Part shown: in pieces, positions 12,249-26,484 of the stretch
How the letters are laid out: the number at the start of each line of letters is the position of its first letter
Position numbering within the stretch: the first letter of the stretch is position 1
NCBI RefSeq assembly: GCF_000181795.1
Contig: NW_003526941.1
Span: 5,619,053 to 5,683,052, forward strand
From: Trichinella spiralis
Lineage: Eukaryota
DNA: 64,000 nt
Direction of reading: 5' to 3'
Notes under the pieces: generated by a model
What the model was told of the DNA's origin: nothing
Seen by the model: only the letters and a program-made list of their open reading frames with translations
Database searches by the model: none
Translations under genes and position numbers: made by a program

Positions 12249-15200
12249 ATGATGAAGATGAAAATTGCCGGTTCTCTTTTCCACTGGTTCTATGCCATTT
12301 TCAATTGCTTTCAAATTTGGCTCATCGAATCTGCCGGTAAGTTGTGATTTATTTATTTATTTTTAATGTAAATATAATTTCCCTAAAATTTGTTCGACAA
12401 AACAACGAACAACATTTGGGTTGGGCCTAGTCAGTGGTAACTTGCGCTACTAAAGCCAGCCAGCTAACTGCTTGATCAGGTAGCTTTCAGGCTAATAACT
12501 ACTGAATGCGAGCGAAACTTGTGACTTTCGAGAGCAGATATGCGGTGAAAAAATCGTTTTGACATTTCCATTTAAATTGACACAAACAATTGACACTGAT
12601 CGTTGTCTTCCTTTTTTAATAATGAATGATTATTCCTCGGCGGCTGATTGAAATTCGATGGGTCAGGGATTTTCAAAATTTTTCATTCATCCATTCATAT
12701 TCATTCATTTAGCACATTTATTTAACCATCCATCCATCCATCCATCCATTCGTCCGTCCGTCCATTTAACCATCCATCCATCCATACATCTATTTATCAG
12801 TTTTGGAAAAACTTTCTCATTTGGCTAGCTTTCTATAGGGCAATTAGATCATTGAAACTGATTCAATTAATTTTCAAAATTATCAATTCACCGATTTGTG
12901 TGTTTTGTGAATACTTTTCCTTTTGTATTTGAAAATCAGTTTGAAATATTAATTAATTTATTTATTTCATGGACAAAAAATCATCCAAATTTGGCAGCGT
13001 ATAAAAATGCATGCTAATAGATGGAAATAAAGTGTCAAAAGTTGAAGATAAGAGAGGGGGAGGGGTTATTGTTGAATTTAGTAGTATTGAAATTAATATT
13101 CCAATAGATTTCATGAAATGAATATTCCTTCCAGAATAATATAAAGTAATTGTTGATGAAATAACTTTGTTGTTTCACATTCTCAGCTTGCTTGATCCAG
13201 ACGTGAGGAAAATGCTCTTCAGACGTTAATATACATATAATTGCTTTGTTTTATTATAATGCTTTTTTTTTCTTCAGGCATATGTTCGATTGTTGTTCTT
13301 TCCTCTTATTCTTCTTATTTTAGTTTTCATTGTCAGATTAGTTTGTCGAGTGACTAATTGAATGCGATTGCCAAATTACAATATTGAGGGATGAGTAAAT
13401 TGAAGTTGTTGTGCTTTTTTCTGCTTATCTCTTTTCTACAAAATGCTGCAAGCAAGCAACCAATGTTGAAAATACTTTTCTGCTTCAGTTGCTTATTCTT
13501 CTTTTTTTAAAATTAAAGCACATTGCCAACGGCGGTTGTGGTTTTTGTTATGCCATTTTGAAAGCGCATCATTGTTGCTTGTCGACAGCTGCAATCATTT
13601 TTGATTATTCACTTTTTGTTCACACCAACAATTCCAACTATTCCACTGTTGTTTTGCTTGGTCGCTTGTTTTAACCACGATTTATTATTATTATTATGAA
13701 ATTATGCAATATTATATTATTTCTTCTTCTTCTTCTTCCTCTTCTTGTTCTTTTATTTCAAATACTTTCACTACATAAGGAAGGATGGAAACAGAAAAAA
13801 AATTATCGATTTTCTTTTATATGAAAAACACTCTACATTTTAAAATCTGATCGAGTATAAGTTACTATTTTAACAAAGAGATATTTCATTTGCAAGTGGC
13901 TACATTTATTAACCAATCAATATTAATACTCTACAAAGTGCGCACATTGGCTTTGTGGCAAGTGATTTTTTGTCACTTTTTAATCCTTTTGTAAAATTTT
14001 AATTTTCTCCCGTCATTATCATTATTATATATTTCATTTGTTGTTGTTGTTATTGTAATCTTTTACTTACTTGGAAATTGTATTTTTTTGTTAATATCAT
14101 CTGAAGCTTACAATTCAATTTTTCCACTTCAATAATACTCTCTTCTCATAGGAAAAGCTGACCTCTTCTTAATTGACTTGCTATTTTGCATTTTGTAATA
14201 TTGAAATTTTCTTACTATTAATAAATTATACATATATGTCTTTTTTAAATTAAAAATCATACAAAAATGTGCATGATGTATTTCGCAATAATCATGTTTC
14301 AACAATTATTTATTATTGAAAGTATGCGAAATATTTTCTTTCTTTTTTCTTTTTTTATCAACTGGATGGATGATTCAGTTAATTCTCAATTGATCCACTA
14401 TCAGATTACGGTTATCATTTGGGGAAAACGTATAATTGGAAGAGTAAAATTAATTAATAAACAATTTCCATTATCAATATGCAATAATTGAATATTGTTG
14501 TTCAGAAATTGAATGACGTGTTCAATTTTTGTTTCGAAATAATCATTTTACCAAATTTGCAGTTTTAACAATTTCTACAAGCTTGAATGTTGGTTGTTGA
14601 TTGTTTGCCGTTTTGAAATTATGCTAACGTGAATTTGTGATTAATCGGTTAGTCGAGCCGGAAACTGACTGGGTGGTTCCTATGGACTGTCGACAATGAG
14701 CTTAACGTTTCAGCTTCATCCGACGAAGCAGCTCAGTTGGAAAATAGGAACAACGTCAGTGATTGAAAAATGCCGGGACCCCGTCGATTTGGAGCAATCG
14801 ATTTTAAACTTTGCTCCAATATGCGAGCGGGTGGTGGAATATATATATATATATATATATGTATACAATAGTGCATGTTGCTTCGCAACGCTGTAGCTTT
14901 CATTATTATTATTATTGCTATTATTATGTAAATTTTTTCAACATATATTTTTCTATTCTATTCTAATTTAGGAGCTATCAATTGTTATAGCTGTATGTCA
15001 TACATTTATGGCGCCAATTGGGAATATTTAGAGTACAAAGATTTGTACTTTCGACCGGCAGCTTTTACTGATCGTTGCACGAATATCAGCGAACATGGTG
15101 GTCACATTGGTCGCATTCCGTGCCTTCACAATTGCATTTTAATTGTTGAAAAAATGCGAGTCGGTAAAGGAAAAATTTCTTTTCTTACTTTATTGTTGTT

Positions 15201-17730
15201 GTTGTTGTTGTTGTTTTACTTTATTACGTGCATAAATGGACGGAAAAACAATTTTTTATTTTAATAATCTGCGGTCAATGATGATCAATGATTATTGTTT
15301 ATTTACAATGATCGATTTAGCTCGTGGCAGTGGGTTATCTGTTCTAATGATGCACAATTTGAAATAGATCAAATCTCTTGGTTGCGAATTACAATTCATT
15401 TACAAACTAATAAATGTTCTTAAATTTATGATAATTTTTTAGAAGAATTTGAAAGCTTATTAGTTGATGATTTCGGTTGCATATTTTTTCACAAGAAATA
15501 GCGTGAATTAATTCCATTTTTTTTAATTTAATAAAAGTAAATTTACATCTTATTTCCATTAAACGTGATATTGAGACCGTTTTTTACTTGATTGTAAATT
15601 TGATATTTAATTGCAGTTACATTAATATTTTGTAAAAGTTGTTTAGTTCAGATGTATGTAATCACTATGACATTGATAATTGAATATTAATTTGATTTAA
15701 AATAGCAATTTCAATATATAGAAATGGTAAAGTTGTTGTTGTTGTTGATGAAAATTAGAAAATTAATAAATCTGGAAAAAGTGAATCAAAACGGCATATC
15801 ATTTTATTTTACTTTTAAATTTGTAAATTATATAATTTCAGATTTTAAGTGGAAAATTTCTTCTTTATCTGTCCATGGTAACCAGGGGATTAATTTCTTA
15901 ATTTATGTCGTTCTGATCTTCTCAGCAGGTGACTGAATCATCTTGTCTACTAGAGGGAAACTGTTTGAGAAATGGACAGTGAGGGAGGGAGGCAAAATAG
16001 GGAGCAGGGTAATAAAATGGAAAATTGATCAGCAACGTATATGACAAGTATTATTAGTTAGCTAGTTAGTTAGTCAGTTAGTCGGTTAGTTAGCGGTTGA
16101 TGTTGTTACTATTAGCTCGAGTCGGTCACTGTTTCGGTAATCATTGATCTAAAGCCGCTTAAAGCTAATGGACCGTCCACTTGTAGGCGGTAGACGGCGC
16201 TTTGCATTTAACCTGACTTTTACTTTGACTTTTGCAGTTTTAAGAGAATATACCCCACAAACACACATGCACACACATGCACGCTTATACGCGTGCAGAT
16301 TTGCAGGATATCCACGTTGGGTTGGGTCTAGCTTGTGTTGTTGAAGATAATACGATCAATATTAATGTATGTTTGTTCCATCCAGTTGGAAATCTGGCAA
16401 ACATATTAACAAACTTCATATTCATTTATTTTCACATTTTATAAAATTTAAGCTCTGTTATAATAATATGCTGTCAGTATTTTTCTTTAGCTTATATTAT
16501 TGTTTTTCATTTTTGCTTCATCTTTCTTTCTTTCTATCTTTCTATTTGTATTGTTCAACATTGAAGAGAGAAAGGGATGCGTATATAATTTCTTTTCTTA
16601 TTTTTAATATAATAATTTAGAAATCATTTCGATGAAATTATAATGCTCGAAGGATTTCAAACGTTAAATTGAAAAATTTCATGGTCGATTTTATGCACCT
16701 TTGATTAACTTCTTAATTGTTTTTAATGATTTTGAATTTTCTTCGCATTCATAATCGAAAAGGAAAAGGAAAATTTATTCACTCATCATTAACAATCATT
16801 ATTACTTTTGCTTTTTTAAATATTTCATCAGAAATTTGATCGCTTTTGACAGATAAAGCAGTTTTTTTCTTTTGAAATTTTATCCATTTATGAAAATGAT
16901 TTGAACAGTTTTTTTAAAAATTAATCACACTCTTCTTAGTTTATACATTTGTGCGTGTTTTGGGTTGAGGTTCAGATTTTTAATATGAAAATTTTCGCAT
17001 TCGGTCGTCTTGGTCACAATGATCAATTTCATTAGCCTTTTTGATGACGAAAATATTCTTTGGTATTCGTAATAATGGCAATAATTACAGTAGCTTTCAA
17101 TTTAACGCAGCCAGTTGGGGTTGGTGATTTCATCTCACGAGGAAAAGAGCTGAAAATGGTCTTTCACTGTGCTTTTATGACAAAACATCTCCCTTGTTAC
17201 CGTTTTTGATGAATCAAATGGGAAAATTGTCTTCTTCTCATTGTACTTTTTTAATTTGTCGTAAATTAAATTTTTCCTTCTCTTTTATTTGAAATTCGAA
17301 AATTGCATTTATTCAGCATTATCGCATTATTGGACAGAAATGAATTATTTAAACGTAATGCAAGAATATTAAATAAATTACTATTGTTGTTTTTTGCTTT
17401 TGCTCATGCTTATTGTGCTTATGCTCATATGTGTATGTATTAGGTGCACGTGGTCACAATGGTTATATTCGTGGTTGCTATGATCACATCTTTCGTCACG
17501 GCTTTAATGATAGCAGCGTGTTGACGACAAAGTTGAAATACCGAGAATTTTGTACACGTACAATGATGTCGTCGTTGATTGCTAGGAAAGACAAGCCGCC
17601 GGATACGGAACTGTTCATTTGTTCATGTCGAGATTCTTTGTGCAACAGGTCCAATACACCACGATCAAATTCCATCCTCATTACCGCCATTATTATTCAT
17701 ATTATTACTATTATTACTGTTCTCAATTGA
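12249..17730 (+). CDS. ODR-2/HOT family Ly-6-related GPI-anchored protein. Exons 12249-12336 (signal peptide), 14972-15163, 17444-17730
   Basis: Two phase-1 introns join [30 protein letters not shown] to [35 protein letters not shown] and [23 protein letters not shown], followed by a hydrophobic C-terminal tail. CYSCMS, YxRGC and CxCxxxxCN are hallmarks of the nematode ODR-2/HOT family. Confidence 0.85.
12728..12785. repeat. (CCAT)n/(CCGT)n microsatellite cluster, intronic
   Basis: ccatccatccatccatccatccatt..gtccgtccgtcc..ccatccatccatccat. Confidence 0.8.
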
Positions 17731-20700
17731 ATTTTGTCTACAACAGCTGAAGCATGCTTTTTTCTGTTTATTGAAAAAATTTAAATAATTTAACTTTTTC
17801 AACGTCTCTTGTTTTGACTTGATTGAAACGATGACCAGAAATGAACGGTTTCTTTTTCAAAATTTTTGATACTGTTTTTCTTTTTCAGAATAATAAATTA
17901 TGTAAATCAATTTTGATAAAAAAAATTGTCAAATTGTGTAAATTGTAAAATATTTTTCATCATTCAATCAAACGAAGTAATCAATTTAAAGAAGGGTAGG
18001 AAAAAAATTATTATTATAGTTGTTGTTGTTGAATATGATTAATTGAAGTGAGGCTTTATTTTAAATTGTAATATTTTTCATTTTATTTTATGAATAAATT
18101 TGAATTAATTGACAACGTCAAATTATTTTATAATCTTGATTATCAATTAATTGGAAAAAATCAACGGCAAGACACTGTGGCTTGAAAATGTCACACCCTT
18201 ATGACTGAAAAGATTGATTATTTATTTATTCGTTTGACAAGTTTGTTTCGATTTCAGTTCGATTTGCACTGCACAACTAGTCTGTATTTATGAAGAAAAT
18301 TTATTCAAAAAAAATTTTTTTTGGTTCATTTTTTCTGCCAATAAATGTAAAAAGGTAAGATCGAATTTTTTTTAATTTGTACAATATTTCAAATAATCAG
18401 TCGATGCTGAATAAATTTACAAAAGTGAAATGTTTTACTTTTATTTTTATTTTACAAAAATATTGCAGTTGTGTTCTTGCTTGATTCGAATTGAACAACT
18501 TTGTCTGGTTGGTGGTGGAAAATATTGATTTTCTTCTCATTTCAAACGTAGTGTAGCAGTTTTTCCCATTTTTTTAAAATTTGGTAAAACTTCTATTCCT
18601 TGCTAATAATATTGTTTATTATTGCTTGGAATAATTAAAAAAAATAAATTTTCCACCCAGCATTGATTGAGTAATTTCGTTTCAGTTCGCTTTGAGCTTA
18701 TTTCATTATGTTTGTTTAATCTCCAGTAATTTACTTATCAACAACAGTTGAACGTTTGATCTGTTGAACAAGCAGTTTGTTGGTTATTCATTCATTTGTA
18801 CTTATTTTCACTTCAACTTTATTAAAATTATAATCCACTACTCCACGTGACAACCTTCGTTGAAACAATCGTATCCCATCTTCTTCACCTTCTCATTCTT
18901 ATTCATCACTTATTCTCTGCAAAACAACTTTTCTGCATGCTTTTCAAGTTTATTACTTATTTTTAATCTTTTGTGATATTTAGTTTTGTTTACATATTCA
19001 ATTTCTACGTTGATTTTAAAGTTTTAAAAATATGAACATGATTTACTGATTTGAATTACTGTATTTTTTTTGGTAATGTTCAATTAAGGCAGTTTTGATT
19101 GTTATCTTTTTTCAGTGAAGAAAATGGTTGAATTTTTATTTATATTTTGAATTGATAAAATTTTCAATTAGCAAAATGATTATTATTGAACTTTTTCTAA
19201 TTTCCAAATTGTTAATCAGCCAATTTAACCTGTGATAATTTTACAGTAGGTTTTAAAAAAATGAAGTTATTTATTTTTTAAATTATTATAAGAAAAGTAA
19301 TTTATCACTTTGCAATTCGTTGACGAACTTTGAACTTTGAACTTTTGTTTATTTGGCTATTTTTATTTGAAAATTGACTCAATTTAACCGCGATGATTTT
19401 TCACATAGAGCAAGTTTATTTGTTTGTTTCCATTTTAGCAAAAGAAGATTTTTAAAGACGAGTGCAAATTTGTTTTTCTTGATTTATAATCGGTCGACGG
19501 GTTACATCATACAAAAATGTGATTGATCTACATGAACAAAGGTGATCTTAATACATACTAAGTAAGAACTACATGCAGAAAGCAGCATGGGAACGGCAAA
19601 CAACAACGAGTAAGTTGTTTCTATTTACTGATGGAAATTAATCCCGAATCAACGAAATTTGTTCTTTTTATGCAAAGGTAAAATAATTTGTTTTTTTTAA
19701 ATAATTTTTAGTGAAAAAATGAAAATTCACGTGAGAAGTTTAGAAAAATAAGCAACTGTCACAAGAGCAGTGTAAAAGTGACCAATGAACCAGCATATAT
19801 ACGCATGTAAGTATGCATGTAGGTTTGTTAGTGTATACAAGGTTTATTTATTTATTTATTTATTTATTTAGAGTTCGCATGTGTTACGCTGCGGAGGAGA
19901 GTTTTGGAGGCATTTAGTAGAAAATAAGCAGGCGAACGTGAAGAGTGTAAAGAGAAATAATGAAATGAATAAGAAGAATTGAGCGGAGTGGAGTGGAGTG
20001 GAATGAAATGAGTGAGTGTTTTACTTTAACTGATTTCTGATTGGGTTTGGACTTTTAAACCAAGTGATGCGCGTTTGTTTCATTTTGCTTGCGTGCCTTT
20101 GCATCAAGCGGCTTTTCACTCTGCAACACAAGCGCTACGCATACACATGCACAACATATACACGCCATATGCACGTGGTTTTAATGTTATTCCTGGTTCT
20201 CTTTTTTTCCATTGAATAGAAATTTTCTACTTTTGATTATGATAATTATACGGCATATTTTCATGGTGAAAACAAAAACTATTCATTCTGCTTTTTCTTC
20301 TTCTTCTTCTTCTTCTTCTGATTTTAATTTTCAGCTTCTTCTATGAACAACAACAGTATTGCTTTTTTCATTGAATCAACATTTTTATTACTATTATTAT
20401 TTCACTTTTAAATATTGTTGAAATAATGAATAGAATGAAATGAAGAAGAATAATAACTTAAACTTCATTCCCTGTGATAAGTGTACAAGGATTTCTTTTT
20501 TCATTTTTCTTAAATTTAAATTCTCATTTGCAAGTGTGAAACTTTGTGGTAAGGCTAAAAATTTTTATTATTAATTTTTCTCGTTGGAAATAGCAATTTT
20601 GTTTTAAAATTTTTCATTTATTATTTAAAAAAATTTATTATTATTATTATTGTTCGGTTATTTCTTTTCTCCAATTCATTTCTTTTCTGTCAAATGATAT

Positions 20701-21123
20701 AGCTTTAATGAAACTTGTCTTCCGAGTTTTCAATTTAAGCATGTTCTGTTTGCATAGAAAATAAGAGTGAAATTCAAAGTTGCTTACTTACGCTGATCAC
20801 AATGAATGAATAACTTGTCTATTTGATTTTGCTTTATTTTCATTTGAACACTTTCATTTTATTATAATATTTTGGAGTTTATGAAAAAAAATTTTTTTTC
20901 TTCATAAACGTTGTTTATTTTTCTCAAATTATTACTTTCAAACATGCATTGTAACTTGTTGTTGAAATCAGTGATTGACAGTGCAACAGGCATATATCAA
21001 TTTCCAAATTTTGCTTATGAAATTGATAGCTTTTTTTGTTGTTTTCTTTGAAGCTGATGTTGTAATAGTTGAAGATATTTTTGACCATCATTACAAGGTG
21101 ATTGATTCATTTCAGCATCATTA

Positions 21124-21124
<1 letters not shown>

Positions 21125-21160
<36 letters not shown>
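21125..21160. repeat. (ATT)n microsatellite
   Basis: About 12 ATT units. Confidence 0.9.
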
Positions 21161-21161
<1 letters not shown>

Positions 21162-22460
21162 GTTGATTGATGAACGAAAAGCTAGAGCTTATTTCAAAGA
21201 TTTATTTTTCATACATTATAAATACTTTTGTTTATTTATTAAATTATTCACTTGAATTTAATTTTCAAAAATTGTTTCTTTTTCAGTTAGCATCAGTAGA
21301 ATGATGTTCAAAAAATAATATTCAAATTTTTATTTTATACGAATATCTAGCATATTTTTTTTGATGCAATAATAATTTATTAATTTTGTTTAATTGTTTC
21401 ACTCGCAATTGACGACATTTAGTGGCCCGTTAGAATTCTACCGACGAGTAGTAATCGTTGTAGTAGTACTGCGTAACAACCATTCATCCTTTTGGAATTG
21501 CTAACCAAACGCTTTCAACCTTCGCCATCGTCATTGCTTCAAAATAACATATGCACATTTTGCGTAATTATACAACTCAAAAATGAACCAATCGCTTCGT
21601 TGTCATCTTCTGCAACTCTTTCTATTACACCTCCATGATCAAATATACTCATATTCTTCTTCAGTTAACGTGTGAATGATGAATTAATTTCTTTTGTGTT
21701 CATCCATTCACTCTCTGATGAAGCATTGCTATTTTTTTGCTCTTCTACATTACTTATTACGTATTTAAATTATTATTATTATTATTATTATTGTTTTACA
21801 ATTGCTTATTATACTATTGCTGGTTTAATCATTTTGCAGTTTATCTCATTGAGAAGGACGCGTGTACACTTCCGGTTATTGCTTTTATCAGCTATCTATG
21901 TCATCAGTTGCTTTACTGTTGTTGTTCTATAAAATGGAATTCACATTGATAAAAAAATAAAATAAAACAAGAAATATACAATAAAATAGATGATTGTAAA
22001 AAAAGCTATCATTTTCGCTTCCATCATCATCATCATCATCATCATCTGACTTTGTTGTTGATCATCTGGGAAAGTTCAAAGTACACACTTACTTGTACAT
22101 CAACGCATTGGCATTAACTTATTATTACTGCACTTGTATGTGTGTGTGTGTGTGTGTGGTGGTTTGGTCGTATGTAATTCAAGTTTTTCTTTTCGTTGTT
22201 GCTTTGTGTAATTTCTGTTTAAAATATTAAAAATTGCTCGAACATATGTATATATATACATATGCCGCAGCTGATAATGATAATATATGACAGTTTCGCG
22301 TGCAGTATGCATTCAAATTTTCAAATATTATACCGTATATTCAGCAGCTGTTCTTAATTAATTGCTCATCTGTTGCAGGAATTTTTCTGTCGTAGAGGTG
22401 ATATTTATCTCTCTCTCTTTTTTATCTTTTTTGGAATTTATTCTGAAATAAATTTCAAAA

Positions 22461-22709
22461 ATGCCTGACAATGATGCACTTTTGCCCGCCGTGGAACAAC
22501 AACTCGACAAACTACCACCACCAGTAATATATTTTAATATGTTTGATCAATTTTTTTTATAAATATATATTTTTTATGAAAGTATATTTTTATTATTTGT
22601 TCAAAAGGATGAAGATTCCGACGATGATTTGTCATCTACATCAACAGAAGACGAAGGTCCACCGCCAATGATACAAATTGCTGAAAAGAGTGCTGACATA
22701 GGAGCATTG
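22461..22709 (+). CDS. First two coding exons of a gene with no visible downstream continuation (22461-22523, 22608-22709); possibly the 5' end of the LIM gene
   Basis: aaaaATG context, two phase-0 donors (gtaata, gtaagt); product MPDNDALLPAVEQQLDKLPPP|DEDSDDDLSSTSTEDEGPPPMIQIAEKSADIGAL. Confidence 0.65.
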
Positions 22710-23857
22710 GTAAGTTGATTATTCATTTCTTTTTTTCGGTTTTTTTTTCCAAATTTTGAAATATTCTTCTTTGAACAATCAGCATACGATAGTTGTGTTG
22801 TTTTCTTCTTTTTTACTTTTAAGTTTATAACATTTACATATATATGTATATGTGTATGTGTACAGATAGATAGATGTATGTTTACTTCAGTTCAACTCTG
22901 AGATCAATTTTCTAGTTTCAGTTTTATGAAGGGAAATTTGTTTGCTGTTTAAAAGTTGTGAACTTATGAATGAATGAATTTTATATTTATCAATTGAAAT
23001 ATTGGCTAATTTGCATGTTGAAAAGGTTGAAATGCAACTGACCGTCGTGTCAGTTGCCATTGGGTCACATTTGGTTTAACGCACCACCACCGGTCGATGC
23101 GTTTTCCAAATCTTGAGATGTGAATGAAGGTCGTATATTTGGAAAAATTCCATTCCTTCATCTATATTGCACACTGATCTTGCATAAAATTTGTTTGTTT
23201 GTTTGACATACTAAATAATTAATTATGCATATTTTTGATATAAGATTGAAAATTGGATTCTCTTAGAGAAGACAATTCCGTGTATAATTATAAAAATTTT
23301 TTTAATCACGCTTAGGACGTTGACGTGAATTCAACTTTAAGCCTTGACCTAATCGTGCGTTTTGTCGTGAACATTTAGTAAACAAAACAAAATTGCTCAT
23401 ATTTATGAAAGCGTTGCAGTTATGATCTCCTGCTCCACTGACACTTGCTTTCACATCACCAGCCGCTCGCTGTATTACGTCAGATTTGATTTGCATTACA
23501 AGATTAAGCATCAGAATAAATAATAAGCGCGCGCGCAATTATTTATTGCCAGGATAAGCTAAAAATTGTTTATTTTTTTGCTCATGTCAACCAGAATTCA
23601 TTATGTAAGTTTTTTTTCTTTTTTAAATATTTTATGAGAAATGAAAAAATATGTATTAATTTTTGAGCACATTATAATAGCAGAATACCAAATTATAGAT
23701 TATATTTTAAAAAATTACAACTCTGTTATAATTTAATAAAAGCAAGTAAACATATGTACATATATATTTTTTTTCTTTGTTCTTTCTAAAATTATCTCAG
23801 TATAATTAACATATTTTATAATTTAACATGTCATTGTGTTGTCGGTTTGGCCTTTCC

Positions 23858-23867
23858 NNNNNNNNNN
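23858..23867. other. Assembly gap (10 N)
   Basis: N run. Confidence 0.99.
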
Positions 23868-23921
23868 TACCAGTAATGACTATTTGAAAATTCAAAGATG
23901 ACCTTAACGGTTACAAACTCA

Positions 23922-25035
23922 GTCAGAATATAAACTATCTGGGAGAAAACACCATAATAAAAACATTGACTTAGTCAAAACACGCCTCCGCACGTTTGAA
24001 TTTGAGATTTCAAATTTCAAAAATGTCCTACATAAATGGAAGTTGATTTCTGATACATAAAGACTCCCTCTATTCATTTGAATAATTTGTGACAGCTTGT
24101 TTAGTTAATGAAAAGATTATTTTCAATGGATGCTGATGTGTTTCATGGCAAGCACTAAGCGTGCAGCATTAAAAGCGGCTTTAGTGATATAGAAATTGTT
24201 GCAAAGATGAAATCTTACCTCATATTAACATAATATGAAAAACAAAAAGTACAGTTTTACAGAAGAAAATATCTTACTTATCTATTGCTCACTACAAACT
24301 TAGGTAATTTAATTAAACTAAGGAATACCTTCACCCTATCGAAGTATCCTACGCCATGGCTCACAGAGCGAGCACATTCAAGAAATCACAATTACGTCTT
24401 GTCTTCTCTCGTTCTGCTTCTTGTCGTCCGTGGTTTGGTTTGTGTCTTCCGCATTTTCACTTTCTCTTTGCTTCATTAGTTTTACCTGTAAAAATGATAT
24501 GTTATATCAAAACTGCTCTGATTTTATTACAAAGTAGACTTATAACGAATATGATAATTAAGTGCTTGTTAATTAAAATATAATTATTTAAAAAATGAGC
24601 ATTCAAATGTTTTTAAGAAAAGTAGCACAAGTAGAAAAAGATGTTCGCTTTCAGCAATTGAAAATAGACTTCAGCAACTGTTCAGCGTCATGTAGTCAGA
24701 GAACATTTTACAACGCTACCACTTGCCACGTAAGTCAAACGAACGAGTGCGCCCTAACTGACGATAAGGCACCTTTATGGCGATCGTTATTTGCATAGCG
24801 CAGCGCTGAAAACCGGTTTTTGTGCATTGANNNNNNNNNNNNNNNNNNNNNTNNNNNNNNNNCNNNANNNNNNNNNNNNNNNNNNANANNNNNNNNGNNN
24901 ANNNNNANCNNNNNGNNNNNNNNNANNNTNNANNNNTGANNTNANNNTNNNNANNNNNGTCAAAATATAAACTATTCTGGCAGAACACACCATAATAAAA
25001 AACATTGATATAGTCAAAACACNGCCTACGTATGT
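23922..25035 (+). repeat. Imperfect ~70-bp direct repeat, copies at ~23922-23995 and ~24959-25035
   Basis: gtcagaatataaactatctgggagaaaacaccataataaaaacattgacttagtcaaaacacgcct versus gtcaaaatataaactattctggcagaacacaccataataaaaaacattgatatagtcaaaacacngcct. Confidence 0.8.
24831..24958. other. Low-quality, mostly N segment
   Basis: N interspersed with isolated called bases. Confidence 0.99.
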
Positions 25036-26484
25036 CTAAAAATTTTCTCATGTCAGAAAACCAAGTAGCTCAAATGAAGCTAATTTTAAGTGAAAAATTT
25101 GCCGGCAAAAGCCATTGAGAATTCTTCATCGAGAATATATTGAAAAAGTATGCTGATTATAGATTCTCGATTGCATTGTTAAATGATTAAGACTTTAAAA
25201 TGATAAAACTGCCACTTACTGCTAAATTCGTCATCTTCCCATTGCTAATGTTCATTGTCTTTGGATATTGATTGCAAAATTATTTTTCAGAAATTAGTCC
25301 AAAAAATAATAATTAAAATAAAAAGCAAATTTCGTGTTTGGTATTTGATATTGGTCTTCAGTGAATTTTAGAATCACAACGCACCGCTCTCATACACGGA
25401 CGGCCTCAAACTAAAATTATTTCCAATAAAGTGGACGACCTCGTATGCAAATTTTTATTTCATTCGTTTTGCTGATAGGGATGAGAGTAGTGCATATTTT
25501 TCATTGCGCTTTATTTACTTAACTAATGCAATCTGTTTGAGGAGAAAATTTAATTGCAGCTTTGTCAAATTTTAAATTTGCTTTAACATAAACCCTTGTC
25601 ATTACACAATGACCCTGTCCGTTGTTTATATTTGGTGGACGTTGCACCAAATGAATTCGTATGTATCTCTGGTGATGCAGGTATTTGAATTTTGTTTGAC
25701 GTAATGAAGCCTCGCTATAGGCGCCGATGACAATGACCCTGTGAGAGATGTTTAGATGTGATTGAAACTTACTACCGGCTAATGTTCTCTGTCAAAGAAC
25801 GAGTGTAATTAATGTTTGCTTCATTTTGCCATTTATTTGTTTTGTTAATATGCATTATTATTTTTTCTTCTGTCCTTTTCAACCAGTGCTCAGTATTTTC
25901 AATTTCAAATGTTTTTCAAAGAAATTCAACTTCAAAACATGACAACATCATCTACCAAAAAAATGTTATACGCTAAAACAGAAATTTTCGCAAAAAGAAT
26001 CACCCTGACAAAACGGTGTTGAATTTTTATTACCTGCTGAATTGAACATTTTATGATAGAGATGTACATATATTATTATTATGGTTGTGGTGATGGTGGT
26101 GCTCGTCGGCGTCTGACGATGGGGATGTTCCATCAATTTACTACGCAGTCAAAATGTCCAATTATTTCTCATTTTACAGCTTAAGTATTCAGAAAAATCG
26201 AATTCTATTCATACTGAAGAAGTATTTATTAATGATAGTAATAAAATGAAATATAATATAATATAATATAATACAATACAATATAATATAATTGAATACT
26301 GAGTATAAAAAGTCAAAGATAGAATAATAATTATGGGTAACATAACAAGAAGACAATGTAATACAGAAAATATAAAACAGAAACTTATAATTATTTGTTT
26401 TTTTTTTGAAAAAATTCAAACATCCTTCGAATGATTGAAAATCATTTCAACAAACCGAACCTGCTTGTTGCTGCTGTTTTTGGT

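Noticed and set aside
23302..23538. Minus ORF with a signal-peptide-like start
   Set aside because: Starts at TTG immediately after a stop codon, with no supporting exon structure
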